Below, piece by piece: positions 38,484 through 53,624 of a stretch of DNA of 64,000 nt. The notes under the pieces are model-generated. The model made no database searches. It had not been told where the DNA came from and worked only from the letters and a program-made list of their open reading frames with translations. The position numbers were made by a program, and so were the translations under genes. This stretch comes from Octopus sinensis. Taxonomy: Eukaryota. Positions within the stretch are counted from its first letter, which is position 1; every line of letters begins with the position of its first letter. Where the stretch lies: NCBI RefSeq assembly GCF_006345805.1, contig NC_043000.1:158410001-158474000 (forward strand), written 5' to 3'.

Positions 38484-38512
38484 TGTTGATAAACCTAAAT
38501 TTGAAAAACTTG

Positions 38513-38550
<38 letters not shown>

Positions 38551-38551
38551 T

Positions 38552-39060
38552 ACTAGCAGTATCGCCCGGCGTTGCTCGGATTTGTAAGGGAAATAACTAT
38601 ATAAGCATTTTTAGAGAGTTATTTCCTTATAGATGCCAATTCGGGCTTTCTTAGCCATTTCTGTTTTGGTGTCTTCAAGCCATGAAGTCGTTGTTCTAAA
38701 AGAACGCTGGTCTCCTTGGCAACGCTTTACGACCTTGATTTCCTTACACTCCCTTCCTCACAGCTTCACGAGGGAGGGAAGAAGGGGAGAAGCAAACAGG
38801 TGCAGGTGTGACCATGGACGCCAACTCCGCCGCCATAGACACACGAAAAATTATGCATTAAAATGGAATAAAAAATTATGTTAAATTATTTTTAAAATCG
38901 TAGACTCAGCGTAGACGCGCGCTAATAGCCAGACGGGCTCGATATGAATCACGACTATAAGATACCTGAATTTGATTAAACTGCACCGCAAAATGTGGGA
39001 GTAGTTAGGAATCTAAATCGAAGGGGACAGACACTCACACAACTACAGTTCTATATATAT
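38552..39060 (+). mobile_element. Non-autonomous Helentron/HINE-like element, copy 2 (tandem, period ~642 bp)
   Basis: Nearly identical to copy 1. The upstream flank is duplicated as well. Confidence 0.7.
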
Positions 39061-39304
39061 AGATATATATATATATAAAGAGAGACAGAGAGTGAGTGAG
39101 AGAGCAAATTTACAGAAGGCAAAGAGACGAAGAGAGCTGTAGGAACAAGCAGGTGTTAGATTAACGCACGGGGAGAATGGAAAATCTGTTACGGTTCAAA
39201 CCTACGTTCTTCGACAGAAAATATTAAGGTCAAAAAAGGAGAGACTGAAAAAATACGGAAAGATAAAAAAGATGTATTGGGACATATATGTTTTACTTTT
39301 TTAC

Positions 39305-39510
39305 ACATTTCAGTCATATGAGTGTAGCTATTTTGGAGTACATCCTTAAAGGTTTTTAGTCGAAGAAATCGACCTCAGGAGTTATTCTTTCTAAAACTAG
39401 TACTTATACTCTTAGGCTCTCTTGCTGAATCGCAAGAGTTATGGGGAACATAAACACACCAACATCGGTTGTCAAGTGATAGCGGGGTGACAAACACAGA
39501 CACAAAGACA
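39305..39510 (-). mobile_element. SINE family A 3' half, old
   Basis: TTTCAGTCATATGAG...ACACACCAACATCGGTTGTCAAG is the reverse complement of the family A body and tail. Confidence 0.65.
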
Positions 39511-39854
39511 CGCACAGAATAATATATACATACGTTAAATGCTAAAGCAAACTGTGTCGTATTTCGAAGTAAGTTGAATGTAACGTACGTAGCGTCATGT
39601 AAAGCCAGATTTATATATCCTGAAATTGCAGAGGGATTTGGTGCTGGGCATTTTAGCTTAGCGGCAAAGCACTTAACACTTAACACGTAATTACAGGGAT
39701 GAGAGTACGAGTCTAATGATGTACATAAGTACATGGCAGGTATGCAAAATACTGAAGTACGCAGAAAGTAAACACATGCAGATAAATATATGGATATAAC
39801 AAATTTAAAAGAATGGTAAAATCAGAATCAATGAAGGGACAAAAGAAACAGTAA

Positions 39855-39975
39855 GATGATATATGTTCGAAATTTCCCCAAGACACTCGAGGAAGACGGG
39901 AGTGTATATCAGCCGAAACGTTGTGTTCACAACAAACAAGATGAGGACCAATATCCGTCAAATGTAAATAATGTA
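39855..39975 (+). mobile_element. 3' half of the hammerhead-bearing SINE-like family (see 54577-54820)
   Basis: GACAC-TCGAGGA...GTATATCAGCC-GAAA-CG-TT-GTGTT followed by AACAAACAAGATGAGGAC...AATGTAAATAATGTA, matching 54715-54820. Confidence 0.7.
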
Positions 39976-40738
39976 GAGAGTTGAATATACACAGTCACAT
40001 ATATAATGAATAATCCTTTAAATTTCGCGTAATCACTCGGAAAATCCACTGGACACACTTGGGTGCGTGCATGGCACGCATAATGCATAAATGTCCGTGC
40101 ACTATGCGCATGAACATTCGTATGTATAAAAGTTGTATCTTTATGTGTTACTTAATTGCCCATTATAAAAGAAACCCATCTTACAATGAAATGCCATAAC
40201 TACTATATGAAAGATCTCTCATTGCACAATGTTAACATGAAGATGAGATCGAGGTCTAAAAGTACGTGGGAAAAATTTACAAATTTGTTAACAGCTACAT
40301 GTATAATAGTAATGTTTTCAACATTTATCACGAAAAAATGTTATCGTTTATCATCCTATAGATATTAGTAATAAATATGTAGCAAAGAGAGCCAAAATAA
40401 TTAGCTATCTCCATTCGCTTAAGGAGATCTATTTATAACTGTATCTAGCTACATAGCTCCCTGGCTAGAATGACAATTACGAAATACATAAATCATTTAC
40501 CAGGTAAACATTGACTAGACCCAGGCGTTTTCTACTTACAATGCGAATATTTCTTATTGTAACTTGTATCTGTTTCCTGCGTGGCATATGTGATAGCAGA
40601 ATTGTGTTGTGAGTTAATTATTGATATTAGTTTGTTTACGTGACAGACCCCCAAACCGTATTTTATTCAACTTTATATCAATTTGTATTTAAAAGACGAA
40701 GATCCAACTTTGCGAAAGTAACATATACATTACATATA

Positions 40739-40957
40739 CGAGGGTGTGCTGAAAAGTTTCAGGTTTTAAGGGTATCGCGAAAGGCCAATTTGGAGGCCCA
40801 AACTTCCGAGTTCTTATACAGGGCTTAGAAAAATTGTAGGACCTCTGCAATAAATGTGTGAATCCGAGAGAGGAATATCTTGAATAAAATCACAATTATC
40901 TGATCCTCCTGTATTTTCTTCTATCCAAAGTCAGGAAAATTTCACTAAATCTTCTTA
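40739..40957 (+). mobile_element. Mariner-derived MITE
   Basis: TA|CGAGGGTGTGCTGAAAAGTT TIR, similar to the TIR of 3491-4079. A second copy lies at 9542-9733. Confidence 0.75.
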
Positions 40958-43879
40958 CATGTATTTCCGTTTCACCTTACTGCCATTTTCATGGAATGGT
41001 TTTCAACATTCAGTGAGCATAGCACGTGTATTTACCCGATATTTATTTTCTCCGTAACAAAATGTCACATGTCTGTTTTTAAAACTACTTGGTTGGTTTA
41101 GAGTAGTATGTTTGTGACAGCTACTTGCTGGAGACAACATTCCACTCATGTACAGCAATTAATACATGGATCTGATATTGCTGTTACGCTGTCCCGCAGG
41201 TTTTATGTCATTATTACAATCTATACGACTTAATAGAAGCACAAACTAACCTCTCCTGACGCCACTTACGCGGATTCCCAAACAAGGACCGGGAATACGT
41301 TGTTGTATTTAGCTCTAGTCAAAACTCCTGTCGCTAAGAAATATTTTTCAAGAGAATTATATTGAGAATATATAATTGAGAATTATATTTGCATAAATTT
41401 TATTCTTACGCTGGTGACAAAACAAAACTCCTCACGCAAAATACAAGTCAGTACTTCTGAGAGGTCGACAATATGTGCCTCAATTCCAATATTTTCAACC
41501 TCTTTAATAGCAATTTTGGCATTTTGCCGCTATCACTAATTACCACACAAACAATTTGTACCCCGTGCTTTACAATCTCATTATATCTATGTATAGGTAT
41601 TGATAATTCTTAATGTTCTCTTTAATACCCATTCAAATATCATGTAGCACTGCAGAGTTTATCAACTGAAGCTGTTTATATTTTCTTGTACGATCACATC
41701 TGATCTTGCTTCTACTCTGCCGCGATTCACCGTTGCTGTATCTGGCTCGTGTCGATACAACTTTTCTCAAACATTTCAACATTGCAATGTACTCGTTTAC
41801 AACTACAGCCATGTAACGTCTATACTACTTTTTTTCGTTAGCTCGCTACTTTTACTTGGCAGATTGCTTAAATTTTCGCCTCACTTTTCACTTTTCCCTT
41901 TTTTTCTCCATTGTCCTCCGTTCTGGATTGTAGTTTCTGATCGAATAAAACGTGAATCAATTTCCGGCTTAGGTCTTCCCATTTCTCGTCTTAAACAACG
42001 TTCATCACTGCTATAGTAGTCGGTTTATTGCATTAAATGGCATCATTTAGCACTGTGGGTTTTTTTCCCAACTTTTGAACTGTTTTACTCTCTCGGAGTG
42101 GGCATGCTATTACGCAACTACAGCTGCAGGGATTAGGAGGTGGTATCAAATTGAAAACAGAAATTTTATGGAAAAGTTATCACGGGAGTAGATGAATAGT
42201 TATGTGAATGAATACACAGCACGTGTTAATTGATAATTGTATTCACGTACACTAGTTTCCATCGCACTATATGGAATATTGATAAGAGTGTTTTACAATT
42301 GGCGGGTCGACACAATGTTTTTCTATTTTTTGTATACGGAGAATACGGTGTCGCCAAATTCAACTTTATAACATTGTCAAACGGATTCTTGTCGAAGAAA
42401 AATACGCAATTTACATGTGACTCTAAAACATTCGCTGTACAAGTACTTCAGTTGATTGAACAACTATTTAATCATCTTCCCAAACTATGGAGTTCCATTT
42501 ATTTCGAACATTAAATCGACCAGAGAAATACTTTTCATGTACGGCAAGCGGGGTATAGATTGTCTGTTTTCAAGAACCATTATCAATAATGAACGCATTA
42601 TACTATAATACTTGAAACTCCATTTATAATGCAAACGCACATTTATTTATATTTTCGCACCTGTTAATGACACGGTGTCTGACCCAACAATTATGCTAGA
42701 CCTACTTGCGCAGCATTCTGAAGAGAAAATATCTGAAAATTGATGTATGCTTGCTACACATATTTTCTACGACAATTGGTTAGTTCAAATACAGTTAGTC
42801 TAGTGACAATAGATTCATTACATTTGCATGTCCATACTGAATTATCGTGCGATTTTCGTTAATTGAATGAAAATGGCGAGAAGCATCGACAGACCTTTGA
42901 TAACATTCATTTGCTTTTAGGGTCATAGTTATATTATTGCTCCCTACCTTCACACATGTCCATATGTATTCTTGTTAACTCTAAGCCCCAAATTAAACTT
43001 GCGTTATCTTATCAATGTCATTTTTGTATATTTGGAAATATTTATGCCAATTTGTACTTCATTTACAAACGTAGTAAGTGGTACGAGATTTGGCTATTAT
43101 TTTCACTAAATAAAACGTCATTGTTAGCCATGTTGACGCAGCTGGTGACAGTGTATTCAACTCAGAACAAAAGCACAGATTTGTAACGAGATGGAAGAAC
43201 TAATCCGGACGTATTGTGTCCATTTGATTTTACTCGGAGTATTGTAGAGTAAAAACTTTCTCAAATCGGTCTAATAAACAACGAGCAGGAGACATAGGTA
43301 AATATATGCATTTTGTCAAAGAAAATCATCATCTAGGCGAGCTTCCTCGGGCATCTATGTGCATACGCAATCCATCTCGGTCCCATATTAATTGACAGAG
43401 GTCTTCTGTGAGGCATCTAACGTCTCTAGTGAAGTGGTCTACATGCGTTGTGTTCGACGACTAGCTTGAGTACGGCCATGATTTTGCATCCATTGCAATA
43501 GATCACTTGTCAGCTCTTACTTAGCACGCCAGCAATGTGTTTCACAGGGCAAATACCTTTCCCTTATAATGTTGGAGGCAGGAAGGATTGCTCTTTACAG
43601 CTGTTTCCTGGTTGATGAGCTCCACAAGAAATAATTATGACTGCTCTTAATATTCAAGTGTAAGATCCACCTAGCTTAGATTCCAAATTTTTGGCTGTTG
43701 CTCAATATAAAATGACATACTCTTCCGTTGCACGGAAAAAAATACTTAAGATTATCTGACGGGATAGATTTCCAGACAACATCCAGTTTGTTTAGGACGA
43801 ACCATGCTTTCACTACCGAATCCTTACATTCTTTTTAGTTGAGGCTTTCTCGGACCCTAGCTACTTGAAATGATTAACT

Positions 43880-45792
43880 ATGAAATATTTCACAGACATG
43901 CGCCATTCCAAGCAGGTCGATCCAGGTTATTTTCACCTTATACGCTACACCTTAGACAGGTTGGGTAAATTAACCGGCAAAGGTGGGGCACTGGTCCATC
44001 TGGACCAAAGTAAAGCGTTTGATAGGGTAGACCACCAGTACCTGGCGGCGGTCCTCGAAGCGGCTGGGCTGGTTTCCGGACATCCGTAGGTGGATCTCCG
44101 CAATGAATAGCGGCATCAAACCCATCGTTCTGATAAACGGCTACCTGTCGGAATTGTTTCCGATCAAGCGCTCAGTTCGTCAAGGGTGCCCTATGTCTCC
44201 CCTTCTGAATCTATTAGCTCTTAAGCCATTACTGCAGAAGTAGGAGAATTTGAAACGCACCCCCAATGAAATCGGATGCGATAAGTCGGTCTCTGCTTAT
44301 GCAGATGACGTCATCATCATCGTGTCCAATGCGGCTCAGCTGCCTTGTGTAGAGGACGCTATCAAAGGATACGAAGCGGTGGCAGGGGCAAAAGTTAACA
44401 AGGACAAGTCTATCGGCTTGCGCCTCGGCACCTGGAGGAGCAAGTCGATATCGTCCAGTGTAGTGGATCACTGGACAGAAGGTCGTGTTATGTTGCTTGG
44501 AGTTTGGTTTGGACAGGACTCCCAGACGGAGAAGAATTGGAGCAATGTGTCAGACAGGCTGGAGGCCTTAGTCTGGACTTGGTGCGAACGAGTTCTATCC
44601 CCGAAAGGAAGGGCGGAGGTCGTACAGGTGTTTATTGCGTCTGTAATCACCTATCACCAAACCGTTGTCCCTTGGCTCGACTCATAGATAAACAAGTTGG
44701 TGCGCCTCATTTCCCACTTATTGTGGAAGTGAGAAAAGCCATTTGTGAGGTGCTGCCAGGAACCGGTAAAGAGTGGGTTAGGGATGCCCTGGCTAATGAT
44801 GCGCAGACACGTGTTGAGGCTGAGACATCTCTGGTGCTACATGGAGGGTGACAAGGTGTAGAATCCGCAGGCCGAGGAATTCTTTCCGCGACCATCCTCT
44901 TCAAGACATTCAAACCCGGTTTTATTAAAAGACTTAATGTGATAGAATGGTAAAAGGAATGTCGACAGGAACTCGTGCTAATCCACAAGACGAGCAAAGT
45001 CGGCAGTGGGAATACCACCTCGGTTTGTATAAAGGGCTGGTAGAGTTTTAAAGGGATGACGTCTTAGGAGGGGCTCTGGGGTTAGACGAAAACCAACTTG
45101 CGAACATGTTCCTAAAAACTTTCAGGGCGGAGTATTTGGACAATTACCAAACATCCCTGACCTGACAGTGCTACAGGAACGCTTTACCTGTTCGCGATAA
45201 ATTATTTAGGCACAGAATGTCAGTGCCAACGGCATGTCCAAGATGTGGGCTGGACGATGAAACCGTTCAGTACGCTTTGTACACTGCCGGAAGCTTTAAG
45301 GCTTGATAATTTACGTTGAACTCGTGTTGTCACACCTAGGCAGAGAATAGCTCTCAGCTGAGTCTATAATAAAGGTTGTTCTCTTTTCAGTTGCAGAGCT
45401 GAAAGAGTGTGTGGAAGAACAGATTACAAGGATTCGTGACGAGATCCTTCACCTCTGGCCCTTGTTTGCTGACATATTGCATATATCATCTCAGGAGCAA
45501 GATGGGGCTGGAGAGGAAATGTCTGTCGCGAGATGTGTTCAAGAAAAGATGGAAGGCTGTGGTAAGAAAGGTGGGTTCAAGTTGCCCTGCTTAATCCTCA
45601 TGGGAAAAGGAAAAAGTATAGTCGCTGGGCTTTTCAGCCCATCAGGTTTAATACCCACAAACGTCAAATTTAATTATATATCATTCGATATTTTTAAAAT
45701 TTAAGTGTCATACGAACTCATAATAACAGTAATTGTTTATATTGTCTTGTTTTGTTCCCTCTGTGTACGTTATTAATTACCCTAATAAAAAA
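43880..45792 (+). mobile_element. Older Tx1/L1-clade LINE relic (RT to 3' end), diverged subfamily
   Basis: Peptides include GGALVHLDQSKAFDRVDHQYL, VRQGCPMSP, AYADDVIII, GLRLGTWRSK and CPRCG. There are many stops and frameshifts, and a terminal AATAAA at 45784. Confidence 0.9.
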
Positions 45793-46336
45793 TTCATCTC
45801 TAGCAGACCAATATATATATATATATGCCGAAGAGCTAAGTCTGTCATATACAAAGAAGACGCTAGATTATAGATTTCACATGTTTACAATCTCTATCAT
45901 AGAAGACACTATTAATATCTAACCAATAAAACATTTATTATATTTGCGAAAAATTAATGCTAGCTTGAAGAGAGCAAGAATAGGAACTAAACATAAATGT
46001 TTTCCATCTAAAACGTATTATCATTATATGTAGCAATAAAGCGATTATTATTTTTACGCCCAGGATTTTTTGTTTAGAATTATCGAAATACAAATCACAA
46101 TTCAATGTATACTGAAAGCAATTTTCTATAATTTCTCATATGCAATGGCTTATTAATTGATCATAAGGGCAGTAATTATCTAACTAAATCGGTGTATGTT
46201 TCATCAGAGTTATTGTCATGAATGTTTTAGTAAGAGGATAAATAAAAGAAGGTAAAGATTACCGAATTATCATGAATTCTTTTTTCATGACATTAATTCA
46301 AAACAAACATAAATTTAAGATGAATGAAATATTCTT

Positions 46337-46468
<132 letters not shown>

Positions 46469-46738
46469 GGTAGCATTAGCAGCAACAAAGAATTATATGT
46501 TGCCTATAACGAGGATGATGATACTGAGAATCATAATGGTTAGTACTGCAAGTAATTATGATTTCTCTAAAGACATGTGTATTAAGACGTTTCTATACGC
46601 CAGTTCTCACAGTTAAATACGTATACAGTCATATCTATATGTTTAATAAGCACGTATTTAGTCACGCTGCCGTAAGCATTCTAGTTTAGGTACTGCAACA
46701 GCTACTTATCAAACATACAAAAAAATTGGAATTTATAT

Positions 46739-46801
<63 letters not shown>

Positions 46802-47001
46802 TATATATATGAGCTAATATCATACACTCCTTAGATACCCGTAAGCTTTCTGATATATATAAAGTACATTATGCCGTCTTATCTACGTTTATATTTCCAT
46901 AGTTTCTCTAAACTCTTCAGAGTTTGTTTCTTGGAAAAAATGAGATAGCATTTCCTCTCTACTACTTCCATCCATTCATCCATCCATATATATATGTGTG
47001 T

Positions 47002-47046
<45 letters not shown>

Positions 47047-47970
47047 CGCGCTTGTATGTTTGTATGTGTATGTGTGTATGTGTATGTGTTTGCTTGTGTG
47101 TATGGGTTTATTTTCTATTTTATTAAAAACATTTCACTTACTCATATATTCCAAATTCAATGAAGGCATTTCCTATATTAGTTAATTAAATCTATTGTCT
47201 GTGACCTCACAAAGAACTACAAGAGTAAGTAAATTCACTGCAGTCTTTACGCATCGAGTTTGATTTTTGTACGGTCTATTACGTTCAAATACCATTCCTG
47301 CGTTCTACATTTTGAAAGGTAAGTCCTGTCCAAAACATTATGATTTCATTGTTGCCGTATAGGAATAAACCTCATAGAATTAATTTCGAACTTTCACTGC
47401 TTCGACCACGGTAGTTTAGCAGCTTACAAAAACTATGAACACGGATCGAAATACTGGGATTAAAAGATACGAATATTTTCTTAAGGACATTATTGAAATT
47501 ATAGCAAAACACATCGAAAGCTGTTTGCGCAAGGAAATTCAGTAGCATTTATAGATTTTTTAGTTTTCAAACGTTTTCATAGATGGATCGAATTTTGTTA
47601 CATATCGGCAAATATCCAAATGTACCTCCCTGTTACTCTCTTACCAGTTTTTCTCTATCTTTCTATCTATTCGTCTGTCTCACTCTCTTTCTCTAAATAC
47701 CGATACATATACACATCAGGAATTCCAATTTAAAATGAAGATTAAAATTCAGACTGCAATTTGATTATTTTCTGCTATTGACGATTCGATGTGCACACCG
47801 GAACTACATATGCATACAAGCACTCGACTATTCGAGAACATACTAGCACATGTTGCCAAGTACATAAACATATACACGCGCACGCGAGTATAAAGTAAAT
47901 TACACTATATATATTTGCGTATATTTGGGTGTGACTAAGTATATGTGTGTCTGTCTGCCATTCCACGTAT

Positions 47971-48403
47971 ATTCTTTTACTTGTTTCAATCATTAGACTG
48001 CGGCCATGCAGGAGCATCGCCTTCAAAGATTTTAGCCGAGTACATCGACACCAGGACTTATTTCTTACACCTACTATTTACTCTATCGGTTTCTATGCCC
48101 AACTACCAAGTTACGGGAATGTAAACACATCAACACCGGTTGTCAAGCGGTAATGGGGGACAATAGGGACAAACAGAGATACAAAGACACACAACACACA
48201 CACACACACACGTGCACACACACACGTGCACACACACACGTGCACACACACGACGGACTTCTTTCAGATTCCGTCTGTCAAATCCACTCACAAGGCTTTG
48301 ATCGGCCCGAGGAGAAGCCGCCCAAGATTCCACGCAGTGGGACTCATCTCGGAACTATGTATTTGGGAAGCAATCTTCTTACCACTCAGCCATCCCTGCA
48401 CCT
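47971..48403 (-). mobile_element. SINE family A, diverged full length
   Basis: Reverse-complement head, internal (CA)n tract and tail are all recognisable. Confidence 0.8.
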
Positions 48404-49678
48404 ATATGTATGTTCATATCAATCAGCAACGATATTATAAAATGGCTTAAATCCATTATAAAATGGCTTAAAACCAAGTTTCATGCACGGTACACATCAA
48501 CCTTTATACATGCACCTCACCAATTATCTGCATAATTTGTGTCCTGGAGATTTATTGCTGAATGTACTTTTAGTTACATGGTGCCATGTAACTAAAAGTA
48601 CATTCAGTAATAAATATTCAGGACACAATTCTGCATATCATAAAGCTCCAAAAATTGAATTTATAAATATATAAAATAAAATATATACTTACGTTCTAAT
48701 CTCCATAACGCTGGAATTTTTAAACTATGAATATATTTACATTTATAATGCTCATACCGGCACGTGTTATTCTCGAGAGCGCGAAGAATACATATTAGTG
48801 GGTTAGCATGATATCATATTATTATAGTATGGCGTAAGAATGGTGAATAAACAAATGTATGTTATGAAGACTAAGTAATGAGAAATATTTTAACATCCGG
48901 ATATTCAATTGCTTCATTCTCTCTTCATTACTCTCTTTCTACTCTCACAAACTCACAAACACACATGCACACACTCGCACACACACACACGCGCAAATCC
49001 ACATACACAAAGACACAAGCAGACATACACGTATGCAAGCACACGCACATACACACACACACACACACCACACACACACACAAGCATACATACACAAAGA
49101 CACAAGCAGACATACACATTTGCAAGCACACACACATACACACAAACAAACACACCCATATGTATATGTGAATTTATATAAAGCATACAAAGTGTCACTT
49201 TCGTTCTTTACACTTTATGGAAAATGGGGACAAATAAAAGAATATCATATCTCCGAGAGACAGAACATTAATCTAAAACATTTCAGTGTATCTTTATTTG
49301 ACTTACCGAAAGTAGGATATATTGTTTCACGACTTGAATACCTGTTCAAAATATCATCTTTGAATTGGCTTCTTCACTTCTCTAACACACAGACAATACG
49401 AATTTACAATTTGTTAATTCCTGAATAAGCTGCATTATGTAATGTTCTTGTAATTTTCGCATTTCCTGCCTTTGCAGTGTCTGAACTGTTTTGTCTAACC
49501 GGCTGCATTTATTCCTTTCTGTCTTTTTCTGTTCTTGTGCACGTGTGTGTGTGTGAATTTATATGTATTTCATATGCACACACCACACACACCTACACAC
49601 ACACAAACACACACATTTATATATACATATAGGAAGTTGATTGTCGGAGCGTTAGCTTTGGCTTCGCACCTTAGCTGT

Positions 49679-50113
49679 AGGTGACCTAGCTGTTGTCGTG
49701 CTGCTGGAGATCTGCCACTCTACCTCTTTAACTCTACATTGAGTAGAGTTATGGGCCTGTAATTACTTATACTGTCCCCCTTGCGCGGGTCCTTCTGGAT
49801 CAGGGTCACCACTCCCCCGACTCACAGTGCTGGGAATACTCCCATTCTATTGCCAGTTTATGTAGACACCTGCCAGCAGGTTCCGGAACAGATCCGGCAT
49901 GCAACGATAAAACTCATAGCTGTATAGGCTACTCGGCTCAGCTTTTTATAAGAGTGAAAGACCAATTGTCACTCACTGACTGGGCATAGCAATCGACTTC
50001 CCAAAAATATATATCCCTACTCCCATGTTTTAGTGTGTGTGATTCCTTTTCGGATGTATGAACTACTGACTCAGTAGCAGATATCCAGCAGCACGACCAC
50101 GGTTAGGTCACCT
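49679..50113. mobile_element. Unclassified TIR element (MITE-like), ~435 bp
   Basis: 41-bp TIRs are AGGTGACCTAGCTGTTGTCGTGCTGCTGGAGATCTGCCACT and the reverse complement AGGTGACCTAACCGTGGTCGTGCTGCTGGATATCTGCTACT. No ORF and no clear TSD. Confidence 0.7.
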
Positions 50114-51264
50114 GTCAGATTTATAAAATCTCAGTGGCTATTGAGGCACTAGGGTGGCACATCAGCAGGGGGTTAATCAAGAAAATAATTAATAGCGACA
50201 GAAGCAGTATTAATATCAAAAGGCAATCTTGCTCTCCTACTTAGCGTGGGTGTTAGTACATAGAAGACTAATTATTTGAGAAAATTTCTAATAAGGTTTG
50301 TGGTGCATAAAACACACTGGACAACTCTCTTTCAAGTGATTTCATGCACCACAGATCCTTATGAGAGAATTTTTAAAGATAAATAACACGGGATTCAGGC
50401 GCACACACACACACACAGAAACGCATACAAATATTACACGACTGACATAAAGCAATTAACATTTGACAGCTCAAACAAATCAGTGTGTCACACCTGATTT
50501 ATGGAATTTATTGTCGAAAGATATTTGTTCAGGATTGTTTACCTTTATTCAATCAGAATATAAGAAATACAGAAAACGGCATTACATTATTGTTGAAAAT
50601 GTAACTGCGAGGGTCCGGAAGTGTGACACATGAATTTATTATGATATTTATGTATATGACATATATGAAATGTTTCCTTACAGCTTTCTGTCACACAGCT
50701 TTCTGTCGCACACAAGAAAAACTGAATAAATGACTTGACAAGTTATTTAAAACAATCTACTAACTTCTTTACAAAATAGTTTGCCAGCGTTCCCTTCATC
50801 ATATACTTAGTCATCTCATTCGGTTAACATGGCTATTGATAGATCGTATTGTTTTACATTATTTAGAATAATACCAAAGTTTTCTTCGAAACATATGTCG
50901 GAAGTATAAACATTTGAATAACAGCTGCGTTTAACTCCTTTTCTTTCTTTTTTTATATATATATATATATACCCATTCCCATATACTCCACCTCTACCCC
51001 ACCGTCAGCCTAACCCACATCGCAACACCACCACACCATACACCGTCATAGCACACTACACCACATCATATCACACCACCACTAGCACTGACCACTTCCC
51101 AGCCTCACACCATCATCCACACACCGACACATGCACACACTCTCACGTCAAGGTCATCAACTCTCTTCCATACGTACATACATGCTCTCTTATTCATACG
51201 CACGCGTACCTTTATTTTGGGATCACCACTACTTTATTATTTCCTCTTCTTTATTAGCTTTCTT

Positions 51265-51583
<319 letters not shown>

Positions 51584-51865
51584 GTGAGTACGTGTATCTA
51601 TATGATCCTCTCTGTATGTATCTCTCCCTGTTATACATGTTCGAAAAAAGAACTACAGATGTGTTAAAGAATTCTTACATTTACTATGGTCCATTTGATC
51701 AACTTTTCCCTACAAAACTTGCACCAGCATGACTGCTGTCCAATGAAGAAGACAAAGAAAAGAGAGATGAAATACGCGTATGCGTGCCACTGTGTGTGTA
51801 TGTGCGTATGTGCGTGAGTGCGTATGCGTGTTCATATCAATTGTTGTCGTATCTATTTGATAGTG

Positions 51866-52248
51866 TGGAGGCGCAATGGCCCAGTGGTTAGGGCAGCAGA
51901 CTCGCGGTCGTAGGATCACGGTTTCGATTCCCAGGCTGGGCGTTGTGAGTGTTTATTGAGCGAAAACACCTAAAGCTCCACGAGGCTCCGGCAGGGGATG
52001 GTGGTGATCCCTGCTGTACACATTCACCACAACTTTCTCTCACTCTTACTTCCTGTTTCTGTTGTACCTGTATTTCAAAGGGCCGGCCTTGTCACTCCCT
52101 GTGTCACGGTGAATATCCCCGAGAACTGCGTTAAGGGTGCACGTGTCTGTGGAGTGCTCAGCCACTTACACGTTAATTTCATGAGCAGGCTGTTCCGTTG
52201 ATCGGATCAACCGGAACCCTTGTCGTCGTAACCGACGGAGTGCTTCCA
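51866..52248 (+). mobile_element. tRNA-headed SINE family B1 (young)
   Basis: Head TGGAGGCGCAATGGCCCAGTGGTTAGGGCAGC...GGTTTCGATTCCC with A and B boxes. The tail is GTTGATCGGATCAACCGGAACCCTTGTCGTCGTAACCGACGGAG. Confidence 0.85.
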
Positions 52249-53624
52249 CATTTGATAGTAGAGACATCTACTACTCGTATGCGCTTGACGATATTCACAA
52301 GTACACATACGCACACATCTATTCGTTCGTTTTTTATAATTATAAGAAAACCCCCACTATATTTACTTCAGTGGATTGGCGTGATATATGATGCAGTATC
52401 CTCAGTTAATCTAATGTGCTTTATCAATATCCCACTGACATCTTAAGTACAATCACTTCTTACTATCCTCGTTGGATCTTAATAGCATTAAAAAAATAAT
52501 AGAAAGAAGATTTGGCATAAAGTCTTGCATAGATAACTTTCCAAAAGGAGATTTGTCATAATATATTAAATCCAATAATACTGTCCTTTTAAAAAGAAGC
52601 CATACTTATAGAAAGATGCAGGCACATACATAAATGCACACGCGCATATACATACATATATAAATATATATATAACGTGTATCAATGTATGTGAGCATGA
52701 AATGCCTCTTTTAATATTTACACAACGTGCTTATACGTCGTATAAGATAAATGATATTTTATTACATATCTTACACTTAAATTATACTGAAGTGATTTTT
52801 TCAGAATAATCGCTCTTATCGAAGTTAATGCACGTACATACACTTACATAGACCTACGAATAAATAAGCATATTCATACAAATACAGACACGTATTATGC
52901 ATATACTTAACGTACACAGATGCACACAAGCGACACTACACACTACACAAACGCACTCACATAGAATGACATATTACATATGTACACATATATTCAAAGA
53001 CATAAGCATGTATACTGCCCTCAACTAAATTAATATTTATTCGCTGTCTCATTCTACCCAATACAAAATCTTACAAGAATGATAATTGAATCGGCGGCCA
53101 AGACGGATTAGGCGAAAATTCACGCTCCAGACACAGAATTAGTGGCATAGAGACAAGTCTAACATTGTTTTCTATTAACTCCTTAGACACAATGTCTGTG
53201 ATACAAACAATTCTTTGGCCTATCAGGCAGAAAGCCGGCGACCAATTAGCTTTCTTCGCAGTAATATTTTGTTTTGTTTTTGCTTTTATTGTAATCCCCT
53301 TTTGACAACACCAAGTGTTCTAGGCAGAGATATTGGCGCTGATTTAGAAATATACTATTGTAGTAAGTATTTCATGTTTCTCTTTGTGGTGTTACAATTG
53401 TTGTAGTTCGTACCATATTTTACGATTGCAGTAATAAGTACTGTATTGTTCTGTGTAAGTAACGATAAGTGTGTGTGTGTGTAGGTGACGGTAGTAGAAA
53501 CACAAGTAAAAAGTGGTAGTAATGGTGGATAAGTTTATATCGTGTTTATCTTGAAATTGTTGTGATATTATGTATGACCTACAAACTCAGAAGGAAAGAT
53601 TCTTCCCCAAGTACATGTATACGC

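Noticed and set aside
41300-42050. Possible very old LINE endonuclease relic on the minus strand (LRIINTY, SDVIVQE)
   Set aside because: Only short weak motifs across many stops, so it cannot be supported without a search.
42230-42514. 94-aa ORF in non-repetitive sequence
   Set aside because: No recognisable domain, a non-ATG start and no convincing splice context.
43546-43559. AGGGCAAATACCTT identical to stem-loop II of the 35587 hammerhead
   Set aside because: There is no flanking core or GAAA, so it is probably a chance match.
50885-50905. GAAA-CATATG-TC palindromic stem III-like motif
   Set aside because: No matching core or stem I was found upstream.
51866-51945. tRNA-like sequences at SINE heads
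   Set aside because: They lack full cloverleaf pairing and continue into repeat bodies, so they are not tRNA genes.
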